Of a stretch of DNA of 13,657 bases, positions 1 through 8,744 are shown piece by piece. Where the stretch lies: the UHGV virus genome UHGV-1773670, one strand, 5' to 3'. The stretch is from a virus. Numbering within the stretch: position 1 is the first letter of the stretch; the number at the start of each line of letters is the position of its first letter. Below the pieces are notes generated by a model that was not told where the DNA came from, made no database searches, and was given only the letters and a program-made list of their open reading frames with translations. A program made the position numbers and the translations under genes.

Positions 1-309
1 GAAATGAAATGACTGAGTCAGCCGAGAAGTATTTCCCCGCTTATTCGCACCTTCCCTAAGTGACATACCTAAAGTTTCGATATGCTGCTGAATATCCTGT
101 AGCGTCTGCGCCTGAGATAACAGGATTTCACGGTTGCATAACTCTTTAACCAGATGCTCAAACTTGCTGTAATAACCGATACGACTTAGTGTTTCTTTCC
201 CTGCATTCTCGCCTTCTTTGATAATTCCTCTTTCGCTAAGAATCAGATCGTGTTTGGTTCCGGTAATAACGTATTTTCCGAGGTCGATGTTTAGCTTCAT
301 TGTTTTCAT
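1..309 (-). CDS. Hypothetical protein, partial (start at 309, C-terminus beyond window start); second gene of a two-gene minus-strand cassette
   Basis: Minus-strand ATG at 309 preceded by TGAGGAA Shine-Dalgarno (revcomp of 314-320); frame open for all 103 codons to position 1 (MKTMKLNIDLGKYVITGTKHDLILSERGIIKEGENAGKETLSRIGYYSKFEHLVKELCNREILLSQ...). Begins 11 nt after the stop of the 320..613 ORF. No family recognised. Confidence 0.5.
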   Translation of the reverse strand, partial: MKTMKLNIDLGKYVITGTKHDLILSERGIIKEGENAGKETLSRIGYYSKFEHLVKELCNREILLSQAQTLQDIQQHIETLGMSLREGANKRGNTSRLTQSFHF

Positions 310-319
310 TGTTAATTCC

Positions 320-613
320 TCAGTCATTACTGATAGCGCCATAGCGTGAGCGGTAATTACGCAGGCGAGGGTCAATTTCAGGGAAGTGGGTATATGTGGC
401 TTTGCGGAATGGGCGGATTGATGTCTGGTAAATTCGCTCGCGTTCTTCTTTCTCTGCAAGCCATATACAATGGCGAAATTCCTTTTCCTCTTTCGTTTCC
501 TGCGGTAGCGACATTATCCGGTCGTAGTTTTTTCTGAATTTATCCAGCACCTCCGATACGGAATTGCCGGAACAGCGGCGCGCGTCATCCTCACCATACA
601 GAGGCGCTGGCAT
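320..613 (-). CDS. Hypothetical protein (97 aa), first gene of the minus-strand cassette
   Basis: ORF in the six-frame track; AGGAGA Shine-Dalgarno 5 nt upstream of the ATG at 613 (revcomp of 614-624). Charged, Arg/Glu-rich sequence; no family recognised. Confidence 0.5.
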   Translation of the reverse strand: MPAPLYGEDDARRCSGNSVSEVLDKFRKNYDRIMSLPQETKEEKEFRHCIWLAEKEERERIYQTSIRPFRKATYTHFPEIDPRLRNYRSRYGAISND

Positions 614-682
614 GTTTTTCTCCTGATTAAATTGCGTGAATAGCGTGACGAGGGAAGGGGAGAGTTACTGGTGCAAAGGGTA

Positions 683-790
683 TATATAACGAGCGTGTTC
701 ATCGGCTACATCGGTACTGACTCGATAGGTTCGCTTATCAAACGCTTCGCTGCTAAAAAAGCCGGAGTAGAAGATGGTGGAAATCAATAA
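683..790 (+). pseudogene. S: Lambda S-family holin, 5'-truncated remnant (C-terminal ~35 codons only)
   Basis: Frame ending at TAA 788-790 translates to [35 protein letters not shown], matching the C-terminal tail of lambda holin S as I recall it. The frame is closed by TAG at 641-643, has no ATG, and lacks the transmembrane part. It overlaps the R start exactly as S/R do in lambda. Confidence 0.6.
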
Positions 791-1250
791 TCAACGTAAG
801 GCGTTCCTCGATATGCTGGCGTGGTCAGAGGGAACTGATAACGGACGTCAGAAAACCAGAAATCATGGTTATGACGTCATTGTAGGCGGAGAGCTATTCA
901 CTGATTACTCCGATCATCCTCGCAAACTTGTCACGCTAAACCCCAAACTCAAATCAACAGCAGCCGGGCGCTATCAGCTTCTTTCCCGTTGGTGGGATGC
1001 CTATCGTAAGCAGCTTGGTCTGAAAGACTTCTCTCCCAAAAGTCAGGACGCTGTGGCATTGCAGCAGATTAAAGAGCGTGGCGCTTTACCGATGATTGAC
1101 CGCGGTGATATCCGTCAGGCTATCGACCGTTGCAGCAATATCTGGGCTTCACTGCCGGGCGCTGGTTATGGCCAGTTCGAGCATGAGGCTGACAACCTGA
1201 TTGCAAAATTCAAAGAGGCTGGCGGAACGGTCAGAGAGATTGAGGTATGA
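774..1250 (+). CDS. R: Endolysin, lambda R-type lytic transglycosylase (158 aa)
   Basis: Translation [53 protein letters not shown]... is near-identical to lambda R as recalled; same length; overlaps the Rz start (ATGA). Confidence 0.93.
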   Translation: MVEINNQRKAFLDMLAWSEGTDNGRQKTRNHGYDVIVGGELFTDYSDHPRKLVTLNPKLKSTAAGRYQLLSRWWDAYRKQLGLKDFSPKSQDAVALQQIKERGALPMIDRGDIRQAIDRCSNIWASLPGAGYGQFEHEADNLIAKFKEAGGTVREIEV

Positions 1251-1684
1251 GCAGAGTGACCGCGATTATCTCCGCTCTGGTTATCTGCATCATCGTCTGC
1301 CTGTCATGGGCTGTTAATCATTACCGTGATAACGCAATCGCCTACAAAGACCAGCGGGATAAAGCCACAACCATCATCGCTGATATGCAGAAGCGTCAAC
1401 GTGACGTAGCAGAACTCGACGCCAGATACACAAAGGAGCTTGCTGATGCTAACGCGACTATCGAAAGTCTCCGTGCTGATGTTTCTGCTGGTCGTAAGCG
1501 CCTGCAAGTCGCCGCCACCTGTGCAAAGTCAACGACCGGAGCCAGCAGCATGGGCGATGGAGAAAGCCCAAGACTTACAGCAGATGCTGAACTCAATTAT
1601 TACCGTCTCCGAAGTGGAATAGACAGGATAACCGCGCAGGTTAACTACCTGCAGGAGTACATCAGGACTCAGTGCCTGAAATAA
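1247..1684 (+). CDS. Rz: Rz-like i-spanin (inner-membrane spanin subunit, 145 aa)
   Basis: Immediately follows R with ATGA overlap; N-terminal hydrophobic anchor ([17 protein letters not shown]) then a charged, coiled-coil-like periplasmic region; hosts a nested +1-frame lipoprotein gene. Confidence 0.9.
   Translation: MSRVTAIISALVICIIVCLSWAVNHYRDNAIAYKDQRDKATTIIADMQKRQRDVAELDARYTKELADANATIESLRADVSAGRKRLQVAATCAKSTTGASSMGDGESPRLTADAELNYYRLRSGIDRITAQVNYLQEYIRTQCLK
1446..1622 (+). CDS. Rz1: Rz1-like o-spanin (outer-membrane lipoprotein) nested in the +1 frame of Rz
   Basis: AAGGAG at 1433-1438 lies 7 nt before the ATG at 1446; product [33 protein letters not shown]... has a signal peptide, a lipobox (VVSAC) and a Pro-rich mature part, as in lambda Rz1. 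The track ORF begins at TTG 1440; the ATG at 1446 is preferred. Confidence 0.75.
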   Translation: MLTRLSKVSVLMFLLVVSACKSPPPVQSQRPEPAAWAMEKAQDLQQMLNSIITVSEVE

Positions 1685-1716
1685 TTTTTTTGCAAATCAC
1701 AAAGTCCATTTAATGA

Positions 1717-1739
1717 GCCTCGCGATGCGGGGCTTTTTT
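1717..1739 (+). terminator. Rho-independent terminator candidate downstream of Rz/Rz1
   Basis: GCCTCGC-gat-GCGGGGC stem (7 bp including one G-U pair) followed by TTTTTT at 1734-1739. Confidence 0.45.
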
Positions 1740-1886
1740 ATGTCCGCAGTAAACGCGCTTCACACGCGCGACTTATGAACACAGAACCTTTCAGGATGAC
1801 CCTTGAGGATGCCGGTTTGGTGATCGGTACCTTTCTGTGGGCCGGAATCCTGTGTGACAAGGTTCATCACTAAAAGGTAATTACTG

Positions 1887-2417
1887 ATGAAGTACCCAAC
1901 AGTTATTGTCAATGGTGTGTCCGTTCGTGTTGATGAGGATGGACGCTACAACTTAAACGATCTCCATGCAGCAGCAGTTGCAAATGGAGAGGCTACAGAG
2001 CAACAGCGCCCAAGCCAGTTTTTGCGTAGCGCGCAGATAAAACGCTTCATCAAAGCACTGGAGGCCAAAGTGCAAAAAAGCACTTTGGAACAAATTCAAC
2101 CACTTAAAATAATCAAAGGTGGTGCAGAACCAGGTGTGTGGGGTGTTGAACTTCTGGCAATCAGATATGCAGCATGGATTAAGCCGGAATTTGAAATCGA
2201 AGTTTATGAAGTTTTCAAAACGGTTGTCCGTCTCGGCGTTGGCGCAATGTCCCGTCTGAATAGAATCGATCACATCATCAATACTGAAACCAAAGCGATA
2301 AGCCAGTGCGCAAGACAAATGGCTAAGTGGGGTGTTGGTGGGCGAAAAAGATTGCTTCATGTTGCACGTGAGAGAGCGGCAAATGAAGTGCAAATGTATT
2401 TGCCCGGGATGGTGTGA
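1887..2417 (+). CDS. KilA-N domain protein (176 aa), putative DNA-binding accessory protein
   Basis: AAAGG Shine-Dalgarno before the ATG; N-terminal region (VNGVSVRVDEDGRYNLNDLHAAA ... PGVWGVELLAIRYAAWIKPEFEIEVYEVF) fits the KilA-N/APSES-like pattern from memory. Confidence 0.7.
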   Translation: MKYPTVIVNGVSVRVDEDGRYNLNDLHAAAVANGEATEQQRPSQFLRSAQIKRFIKALEAKVQKSTLEQIQPLKIIKGGAEPGVWGVELLAIRYAAWIKPEFEIEVYEVFKTVVRLGVGAMSRLNRIDHIINTETKAISQCARQMAKWGVGGRKRLLHVARERAANEVQMYLPGMV

Positions 2418-2522
2418 TTTCGCAGGTTAATCCGAGCAGTCCTTCAGTGAGGCTGCAATAATGCTTTATTCGTATGAAGACGAAGGGTAATCTGTAGACT
2501 CTGATTATCTAATGGAAGGTTT

Positions 2523-2729
2523 ATGATGGACAATTATTTTAAATCTGGCGATAACCGAGTATCTGATTCTGAGCACCAGCGTTTAGTGGCTACCAAAGCA
2601 GCTCTTGAAATTATCAAGGCCGCCGTATCTGCCCCTACCCATGCGAAAAACGTGTCTTATGATTTGGAGGAGGCAATAAAATATCTTCCACGGTTGACTG
2701 ATGCTATTCAGGAAACGATTGGCAAATAG
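2523..2729 (+). CDS. Hypothetical small protein (68 aa)
   Basis: GGAAGG Shine-Dalgarno before the ATG at 2523; clean ORF, acidic and helical-looking; no family recognised. Confidence 0.5.
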   Translation: MMDNYFKSGDNRVSDSEHQRLVATKAALEIIKAAVSAPTHAKNVSYDLEEAIKYLPRLTDAIQETIGK

Positions 2730-2780
2730 CATTTGATTTTAGTTTTATTATCTCACCTTAAATATGAGTGAGATTAATAC

Positions 2781-2804
2781 AAAGCTACCTACGAGTAGCT
2801 TTTT
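2781..2804. terminator. Weak hairpin plus T-run after the 68-aa gene
   Basis: AAAGCTAC (2781-2788) / GTAGCTTT (2795-2802) inverted repeat with a 6-nt loop, then TT. Low-GC stem, so weak. Confidence 0.25.
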
Positions 2805-2869
2805 AATGGCTTATACCTTACACGGGATAACTTAACTGATATCCCCACAAGCGGATAAAGAGATTCTCA

Positions 2870-2995
2870 ATGTCCAACATCTACCAAATCACGTTAACCA
2901 CCCAAACAGGCGAAACCGTTACGAGCAAGACGTCACGATTTCAGCATGAGTTGGTTAACGGCTTTGTGCCGCTTGTGATCGAGACGGGAGAGTGA
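2870..2995 (+). CDS. Possible small ORF (41 aa), below the track's length cut-off
   Basis: ATG at 2870 with AAAGAG about 8 nt upstream; translation MSNIYQITLTTQTGETVTSKTSRFQHELVNGFVPLVIETGE*; sits in otherwise unassigned DNA. Speculative. Confidence 0.25.
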   Translation: MSNIYQITLTTQTGETVTSKTSRFQHELVNGFVPLVIETGE

Positions 2996-3125
2996 CTGTA
3001 TTTCTCTCCCGACAATGTGAAGCGCATACAGTTCACGCCAGAATTGAATGATGAAGCGTGATAAGTGGCTATTTTGTGGTATAGGTTTATGCGCTAAAAC
3101 AATCAATTAGCTCAGTCAATGATCT

Positions 3126-3650
3126 CTATTGTCCTGCAACTTGTTTAGTGAGTCTTAGGATGATGCTGCCAAGAATAGCTATGAATTTTTCACGATTATT
3201 GGCATCTGGACGGTTAAGATTCAGCTCAATGTCTCCAACTTTTATGCCGAATCTTGCTGAGTTAATGAGATCTTCCTGACCACCTCGGCTAATAAATGTT
3301 CGTAATGATTCAATTTCTGCGTCAGTTATTTCCGGGTTGTCTATTTGATGAGAGCGAACATTTCTTATTCTATTTAGGCGTTTAAGTTCTGCGACGGAGT
3401 GTTCATTTAGGCCGAGGTTGGCAGCTAGCTGAATTTTTGCGGCATAGGTCATGGTTAAGTTTTCACCAAATCCATCAAATAGATTTTGGTTACCTACAGC
3501 GGCGCAACAAAATGCCTCAATCATTGCTTCTGTAATCAGATGTACTCTTAAAACCAAACCAATATCATCTTCAGTATTTACTAACCTTTCAATTCGTTGC
3601 CAAGTTGCTTCGTTCATTATGAACTTTGATTCAAAAATTTCAGGATTCAT
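3126..3650 (-). CDS. Hypothetical moron protein (174 aa) with an Rx4H HEPN-like motif; possible RNase-type toxin or abortive-infection protein
   Basis: ATG at 3650 with AAGGT Shine-Dalgarno 6 nt upstream; antisense to the late operon; visibly more A+T-rich than the flanking lysis and terminase genes; motif R-N-V-R-S-H (aa 96-101, nt 3348..3365) fits the HEPN Rx4-6H signature in a largely helical-looking protein. The gene call is solid; the function is inferred. Confidence 0.6.
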   Translation of the reverse strand: MNPEIFESKFIMNEATWQRIERLVNTEDDIGLVLRVHLITEAMIEAFCCAAVGNQNLFDGFGENLTMTYAAKIQLAANLGLNEHSVAELKRLNRIRNVRSHQIDNPEITDAEIESLRTFISRGGQEDLINSARFGIKVGDIELNLNRPDANNREKFIAILGSIILRLTKQVAGQ

Positions 3651-3677
3651 TTATTTACCTTATCAGCAGGGGAAAAT

Positions 3678-4205
3678 ATGGCGCTCACTGACAAACAAGA
3701 AATGTTCTGTCGCGAGTACCTCATCGATTTAAACGCCACGCAAGCGGCTATTCGGGCGGGGTACAGCGCAAAAACAGCCAACCGTACTGCGTCCGAAAAC
3801 ATGTCAAAACCTGACATACAACTCAGAATCTCCGAATTGAAAGCACAACGCAATGACTCTGTTGGAATAAATGCAGAATATGTACTTAATCGCCTTATTG
3901 AAATCGACCAGATGGATGTGCTCGACATTCTCCTGCAAAACGGTGAGTTAAAGCCCATTAAAGACTGGCCTAAGGTATGGCGCACAACGTTATCAGGAAT
4001 GGATGTTGTGGAGATGGTATCCGCAGATAGTGCAGCACTCCTGAAGAAAATCAAATGGCCTGATAAGGTTAAAAACCTCGAACTTCTTGGTAAGCATGTT
4101 TCTGTTCAGGCGTTTAAAGAACAAGCTTCTCACGAACTAACAGGCAAAGACGGCGGCGCAATCCAGATTGAAACATCACCGATGAGCACTCTATTCGGAA
4201 AATGA
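3678..4205 (+). CDS. Terminase small subunit (Terminase_2 / P27-family type, 175 aa)
   Basis: GGGGAA Shine-Dalgarno before the ATG; N-terminal MALTDKQEMFCREYLIDLNATQAAIRAGYSAKTA... is the typical small-terminase DNA-binding motif; directly precedes and overlaps the large-subunit gene (ATGA). Confidence 0.85.
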   Translation: MALTDKQEMFCREYLIDLNATQAAIRAGYSAKTANRTASENMSKPDIQLRISELKAQRNDSVGINAEYVLNRLIEIDQMDVLDILLQNGELKPIKDWPKVWRTTLSGMDVVEMVSADSAALLKKIKWPDKVKNLELLGKHVSVQAFKEQASHELTGKDGGAIQIETSPMSTLFGK

Positions 4206-5527
4206 CCTCGATTAATCCTATCTTTGAACCGTTCATTGAGGCGCATCGCTACAAAGTCGCCAAAGGCGGTCGAGGTAGCGGTAAGTCATGGGCAATTGCG
4301 AGGCTTCTTGTTGAAGCGGCGCGTCGGCAGCCTGTGCGTATTCTTTGCGCTCGTGAGCTGCAAAACAGTATCAGCGATTCGGTAATCCGGTTGCTTGAAG
4401 ACACCATCGAGCGTGAAGGATATTCGGCTGAGTTTGAAATTCAGCGTTCCATGATTCGTCATCTCGGAACGAATGCTGAATTCATGTTCTACGGCATCAA
4501 AAACAACCCGACGAAGATTAAATCGCTCGAAGGCATTGATATCTGTTGGGTGGAAGAAGCTGAAGCGGTAACGAAGGAATCATGGGATATCCTGATACCA
4601 ACCATCCGCAAGCCATTTTCCGAAATATGGGTGAGCTTCAACCCGAAGAACATACTCGACGATACCTATCAGCGGTTCGTCGTAAATCCTCCTGATGATA
4701 TTTGCCTGCTGACGGTGAACTACACCGACAACCCGCACTTTCCTGAAGTTCTCCGTCTGGAGATGGAAGAGTGCAAACGCAGAAATCCGACACTGTATCG
4801 TCACATCTGGCTTGGTGAGCCAGTAAGCGCAAGTGATATGGCAATCATCAAACGTGAATGGCTTGAAGCCGCAACCGATGCGCACAAGAAACTCGGATGG
4901 AAAGCGAAAGGCGCTGTTGTCTCTGCGCATGACCCGTCAGATACAGGGCCGGATGCTAAAGGTTATGCATCGCGTCACGGTTCGGTTGTTAAGCGCATTG
5001 CCGAAGGTCTGCTGATGGACATCAATGAAGGTGCTGACTGGGCAACTTCGCTGGCGATTGAAGACGGTGCTGACCATTACCTGTGGGATGGTGATGGTGT
5101 TGGTGCTGGCCTACGCAGACAGACAACGGAAGCGTTCTCCGGCAAGAAAATCACCGCCACGATGTTCAAGGGCAGTGAATCGCCATTCGATGAAGATGCG
5201 CCGTATCAGGCCGGAGCATGGGCTGATGAAGTCGTACAGGGCGACAACGTTCGCACTATTGGTGATGTGTTCCGCAATAAGCGAGCGCAATTCTATTACG
5301 CGCTGGCTGACAGGCTGTATCTGACATATCGGGCGGTTGTTTACGGTGAGTATGCAGACCCCGACGACATGCTGAGTTTCGACAAAGAAGCGATAGGCGA
5401 GAAGATGCTGGAGAAGCTGTTTGCAGAACTGACGCAGATTCAGCGCAAATTCAATAACAACGGGAAGCTGGAGCTAATGACTAAGGTCGAAATGAAGCAG
5501 AAGCTCGGTATTCCATCTCCTACGTGA
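4202..5527 (+). CDS. Terminase large subunit (441 aa), ATPase/nuclease
   Basis: Walker A-like [19 protein letters not shown] near the N-terminus, acidic nuclease-type motifs downstream; position after the small subunit. It is shorter than the ~470-500 aa I recall for P22/Sf6 large terminases, so it may be C-terminally truncated. Confidence 0.88.
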   Translation: MTSINPIFEPFIEAHRYKVAKGGRGSGKSWAIARLLVEAARRQPVRILCARELQNSISDSVIRLLEDTIEREGYSAEFEIQRSMIRHLGTNAEFMFYGIKNNPTKIKSLEGIDICWVEEAEAVTKESWDILIPTIRKPFSEIWVSFNPKNILDDTYQRFVVNPPDDICLLTVNYTDNPHFPEVLRLEMEECKRRNPTLYRHIWLGEPVSASDMAIIKREWLEAATDAHKKLGWKAKGAVVSAHDPSDTGPDAKGYASRHGSVVKRIAEGLLMDINEGADWATSLAIEDGADHYLWDGDGVGAGLRRQTTEAFSGKKITATMFKGSESPFDEDAPYQAGAWADEVVQGDNVRTIGDVFRNKRAQFYYALADRLYLTYRAVVYGEYADPDDMLSFDKEAIGEKMLEKLFAELTQIQRKFNNNGKLELMTKVEMKQKLGIPSPT

Positions 5528-5528
5528 G

Positions 5529-6884
5529 GTGAATAAATGCCGATTGTTGGCTGGTATCGGTGGTGTCAACTCAAACGCTCCGAGCGTAAATGACATCGGC
5601 AATACGCTTCAGCTTATCAGGCAGAACAATGATATTGAGCGTTCAGGCGCTAACAATGTTGGGCTGACTGCTTTGCAAGGCCTTTCAGGTATTGCGGGTG
5701 TTTTTCAGCAGGAAAAGCAGGCTCAGCGGCAGAAAGAATTTCAGCAGGCATACGCTAAAGCTTATGCGTCTGGTGATCGCGGTGCTTTGCGTCAGTTGGC
5801 TACTCAATATCCAGACCAGATTGAATCTGTTCGTAAAGGCATGGGATTCATTGATGAAGACCAGCGTAATTCTATCGGCACCTTAGCGGCTGGCGCACGC
5901 CTTGCGTCATCGTCTCCAGAAGCAATGCAATCATGGCTGCAAAACAACGCCAAGGAACTGACTCGCGTCGGTGTTGACCCTAACAGCGTTGCTCAGATGT
6001 ATCAGCAGAATCCTTCAGGATTTGGTGAGTTTGTTGATCACCTTGGGATGGCTGCGCTTGGTCCGATTGATTACTTCAATGTTCAGGACAAGATAGCTGG
6101 TCGTGAGATTGACCGAGGCAGACTGGCAGAGACAATCCGCAGCAATCAGGCTGGCGAGGCGCTAACAGCGCGTGGTCAGAATATCACGATGCGCGGTCAG
6201 GATTTATCGATGCAGAGAGCATCAATGAAAGGGGCGGTTGGGAATAATGAGCGTACAGTTCAGTTAGCAGATGGCAGAACTGTAACGGTAGGCGGGAAGC
6301 TTCACGGCGCTGGGGCTAATGCGTTCTACGAAGGTATCGACAACGAGGGGAATATGGTTCGCGTTCCTGCTGGTTCTATTGCCGCTCCGGCTACATCGGC
6401 AGCAAGCGCGCAGAATTACGCAATGAAGAAAGATCTTGATGCAATTTCTGGTGCATCAATTGACGATCTTGGCTTCATGACTGGCATTACAGGCTCTTCA
6501 GGTTCTCCTGCTCTTGGTGCAGATATTCGTAGCCGTGCATCTGGTGGTGATCAGAGGAAACTATACAACGCTGCACAGCGAATCCAAGGAAAGATGCAGA
6601 ATCAGGGCATTGCAGCAGCCAGAGACATGGGGGCATCCGGTATCAACACCGTTGCAGAAGCAAAGATGTATTTTCAAGGTATGCCACAGGTTGATTTCTC
6701 AAGCCCTGAAGCACTGCAACAATCAATGCGCGACATTCAGCAATATACCGACAATTACAACCAGCAATATAACGTTAATGTCGGTAATGGCGGGAAGAAA
6801 TCATCAAGGCAACAGCCAGCTACTCAGCAATCAGCAGGAGGTAGCTACACGTCAAAATCAGGCATTCAATTTACGGTGGAATGA
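5529..6884 (+). CDS. P22 gp20-like ejection (injection) protein, possibly 5'-truncated or fused at a deletion junction
   Basis: Long Gln/Ala/Gly-rich ORF directly preceding a gp16-like gene; the track start is GTG with no convincing ATG or Shine-Dalgarno; size (451 aa) is close to P22 gp20 (~470 aa by memory). Assignment rests on position and composition. Confidence 0.55.
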   Translation: MNKCRLLAGIGGVNSNAPSVNDIGNTLQLIRQNNDIERSGANNVGLTALQGLSGIAGVFQQEKQAQRQKEFQQAYAKAYASGDRGALRQLATQYPDQIESVRKGMGFIDEDQRNSIGTLAAGARLASSSPEAMQSWLQNNAKELTRVGVDPNSVAQMYQQNPSGFGEFVDHLGMAALGPIDYFNVQDKIAGREIDRGRLAETIRSNQAGEALTARGQNITMRGQDLSMQRASMKGAVGNNERTVQLADGRTVTVGGKLHGAGANAFYEGIDNEGNMVRVPAGSIAAPATSAASAQNYAMKKDLDAISGASIDDLGFMTGITGSSGSPALGADIRSRASGGDQRKLYNAAQRIQGKMQNQGIAAARDMGASGINTVAEAKMYFQGMPQVDFSSPEALQQSMRDIQQYTDNYNQQYNVNVGNGGKKSSRQQPATQQSAGGSYTSKSGIQFTVE

Positions 6885-8722
6885 TGAAAGTAACTGCAAA
6901 CGGTAAGACATTTACCTTCCCTGATGGTACGAGCACGGAAGATATTGGCACCGCCATTGATGAGTATTTTGCTGGTCAGGCTGTTCAGCAACAAACAGTT
7001 AATCAGGCCAATAATGCACCAACACGGGAAGAACCATCATTGATGCAACAAGCTGGCGATTGGCTCACTGGTGGTCAAAGTGCAGGGCAAATTGCAGAAC
7101 AGGCTGGTCGTGGTCTGGTAAACATACCATTTGACGTATTACAGGGCGGCGCAAGTCTGATTAATGCAATCAGTCAGGGGCTTGGTGGCCCCAAGGTTTT
7201 GGATGATGTTTATCGTCCAGTAGACAGACCGACAGACCCCTACGCTCAAGCTGGAGAAACAATTGGCGGGTATTTAGTTCCAGGAGTTGGAACGGCAGGA
7301 AGCATGGCTATTGGATCACTGGCAGAGGCCGCAAATCAGAAAGGTGATTTCGCACAAAATGCAGCTAAAAATGCCGGAGTTAACCTTGCCGCTCAGGGTG
7401 TTCTTTCCGCAGCAGCAAAGGGAATAGGGCGTGGAATAACGGCTATAAAAGGTGATATTGCGCCAGAAGTGGCAAAGAAAATTGCCACATCAGAATCGAT
7501 GGGCGTGACACCAATGACATCTGATGTTATCCCGCCGAAAAATGCTTTCACTCGCGGACTTACTCAGGATGCTGAGGGGGCTTTGCTCGGGACAGGCTCA
7601 AAGCGAGCGGAGCAATATGCAACGCGTAGTAAGCTGGTAAGCAATTATTTTGACCGTTTTGGTGAGTACAACCCTGATGATGTGGTGAGATCTCTGACCA
7701 CCACGTTAAGGGGACGGAAGGATGCCGCTGGCGCTGTTATCAATGACGTCACCAATAAAATGGGTAATGCCGCAGTTGATACCACAAATACCATGAATGC
7801 TCTGAATACAGCGATCGCAAGACAGGAACGGCTTGGGACTTCTGCCAATCAAAACCTGCTTACATCCTTGCGTAACCTACGTGAAGAATTAGCAAACCCT
7901 GCAACTGATTTGGATGTTACGTTTGATCTCTTGCGCCAGCACAGAACAGCATTTAGATCTAATGTTCAGGGAGATGCCATGGTCTTCCCCAACCAGGCAA
8001 AAGCAGCTACCAATATGGTAGAGAATGCAATGTCAAAAGACCTTCGTAACGCAGTTGCCAAAAACCTCGGTGCTTCAGACGCAGCAAAATACCTTAAAGC
8101 AAATTCCGATTATGCAAACGTTTATAATAAGGTGCTTAATAAAAACATTGCTAACAAGCTCAACAAGGCAAGCAGTGAAGCCAGTCCTGAACTTATAAAT
8201 ACTGTTGTATTAAGCAGAAAACCATCTGACGTGAAACGAATCTGGAGCGCATTGGATGATAAAGGGAAAGATGCTATGCGTGCAGCTTACGTCAGCAAAA
8301 TAGCGGAAAAGGCCGGTGACTCTCCAGCCAAGTTCATCACGGAAGTTAATAAGCTGAAATCTCAGTCAGGCGGTGAAATTTACAACACTATTTTTTCTGG
8401 AAAGCACATGAAAGAACTTGATGCTCTTCATGAAGTTCTACAGCAAGCAGCAAGATCAGACACCGCAAATGTAGTAACTCAGACGGGGCAATCGCAAGCC
8501 AACAGGATAAGGACGATTGGCGCAACTACGACTCTTGGCGTATCAATGGGGCTTGAGGCTGGTTTCGGTGCAATGATGCGCTTGTATGAATCCAAAGCAG
8601 CAAGGAATGCGCTCTTACGTCTGGCAAACACTAAAGCTGGAACGCCAGCTTATGAAAGAGCGCTAAATCAGGCGGCTACTGCCGTGCGCCCGCTCTTAGT
8701 TAACGAAGCTACCCGGCAGTAG
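6881..8722 (+). CDS. P22 gp16-like ejection (injection) protein (613 aa)
   Basis: Start overlaps the upstream stop (ATGATGA); N-terminus [16 protein letters not shown]... and a length close to P22 gp16 (~609 aa by memory); lies upstream of the immI-like region and tailspike as in P22. Confidence 0.6.
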   Translation: MMKVTANGKTFTFPDGTSTEDIGTAIDEYFAGQAVQQQTVNQANNAPTREEPSLMQQAGDWLTGGQSAGQIAEQAGRGLVNIPFDVLQGGASLINAISQGLGGPKVLDDVYRPVDRPTDPYAQAGETIGGYLVPGVGTAGSMAIGSLAEAANQKGDFAQNAAKNAGVNLAAQGVLSAAAKGIGRGITAIKGDIAPEVAKKIATSESMGVTPMTSDVIPPKNAFTRGLTQDAEGALLGTGSKRAEQYATRSKLVSNYFDRFGEYNPDDVVRSLTTTLRGRKDAAGAVINDVTNKMGNAAVDTTNTMNALNTAIARQERLGTSANQNLLTSLRNLREELANPATDLDVTFDLLRQHRTAFRSNVQGDAMVFPNQAKAATNMVENAMSKDLRNAVAKNLGASDAAKYLKANSDYANVYNKVLNKNIANKLNKASSEASPELINTVVLSRKPSDVKRIWSALDDKGKDAMRAAYVSKIAEKAGDSPAKFITEVNKLKSQSGGEIYNTIFSGKHMKELDALHEVLQQAARSDTANVVTQTGQSQANRIRTIGATTTLGVSMGLEAGFGAMMRLYESKAARNALLRLANTKAGTPAYERALNQAATAVRPLLVNEATRQ

Positions 8723-8744
8723 CACTGTAAGCCAAGGACGGCAT

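Noticed and set aside
346..702. Track ORFs 346..537 (+) and 514..702 (-)
   Set aside because: Both overlap the better-supported 320..613 minus-strand gene in other frames or on the opposite strand, have no ribosome-binding sites, and the plus-strand one is not holin-like (no transmembrane segments).
1304..1596. Minus-strand ORFs 1304..1507 and 1396..1596 inside Rz
   Set aside because: Antisense shadow ORFs within a well-supported gene; no start signals.
1953..2393. Minus-strand 146-aa ORF antisense to the KilA-N gene
   Set aside because: Entirely contained in the KilA-N gene on the opposite strand; Cys/Phe-rich low-complexity translation typical of a shadow frame.
2996..3125. Inverted repeat GCGCATA ... 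TATGCGC in the intergenic region downstream of the HEPN-like gene
   Set aside because: The arms are about 55 nt apart with no flanking T-run, so it is unlikely to be a terminator; no other supporting signal.
3451..4054. ORFs 3451..3732 (+) and 3647..4054 (-)
   Set aside because: They overlap the HEPN-like gene and the terminase small subunit gene respectively in antisense, and have no ribosome-binding sites.
4580..5324. Four short ORFs (4580..4930 -, 4638..4844 -, 4833..5015 +, 5025..5324 +) within the terminase large subunit gene
   Set aside because: Alternative-frame or antisense ORFs inside a confidently assigned gene; Arg/Cys-rich compositions typical of out-of-frame translation.
5692..7848. 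ORFs 5692..5886 (+), 6514..6906 (+) and 7645..7848 (-) inside the ejection-protein genes
   Set aside because: Overlapping shadow ORFs without start signals.
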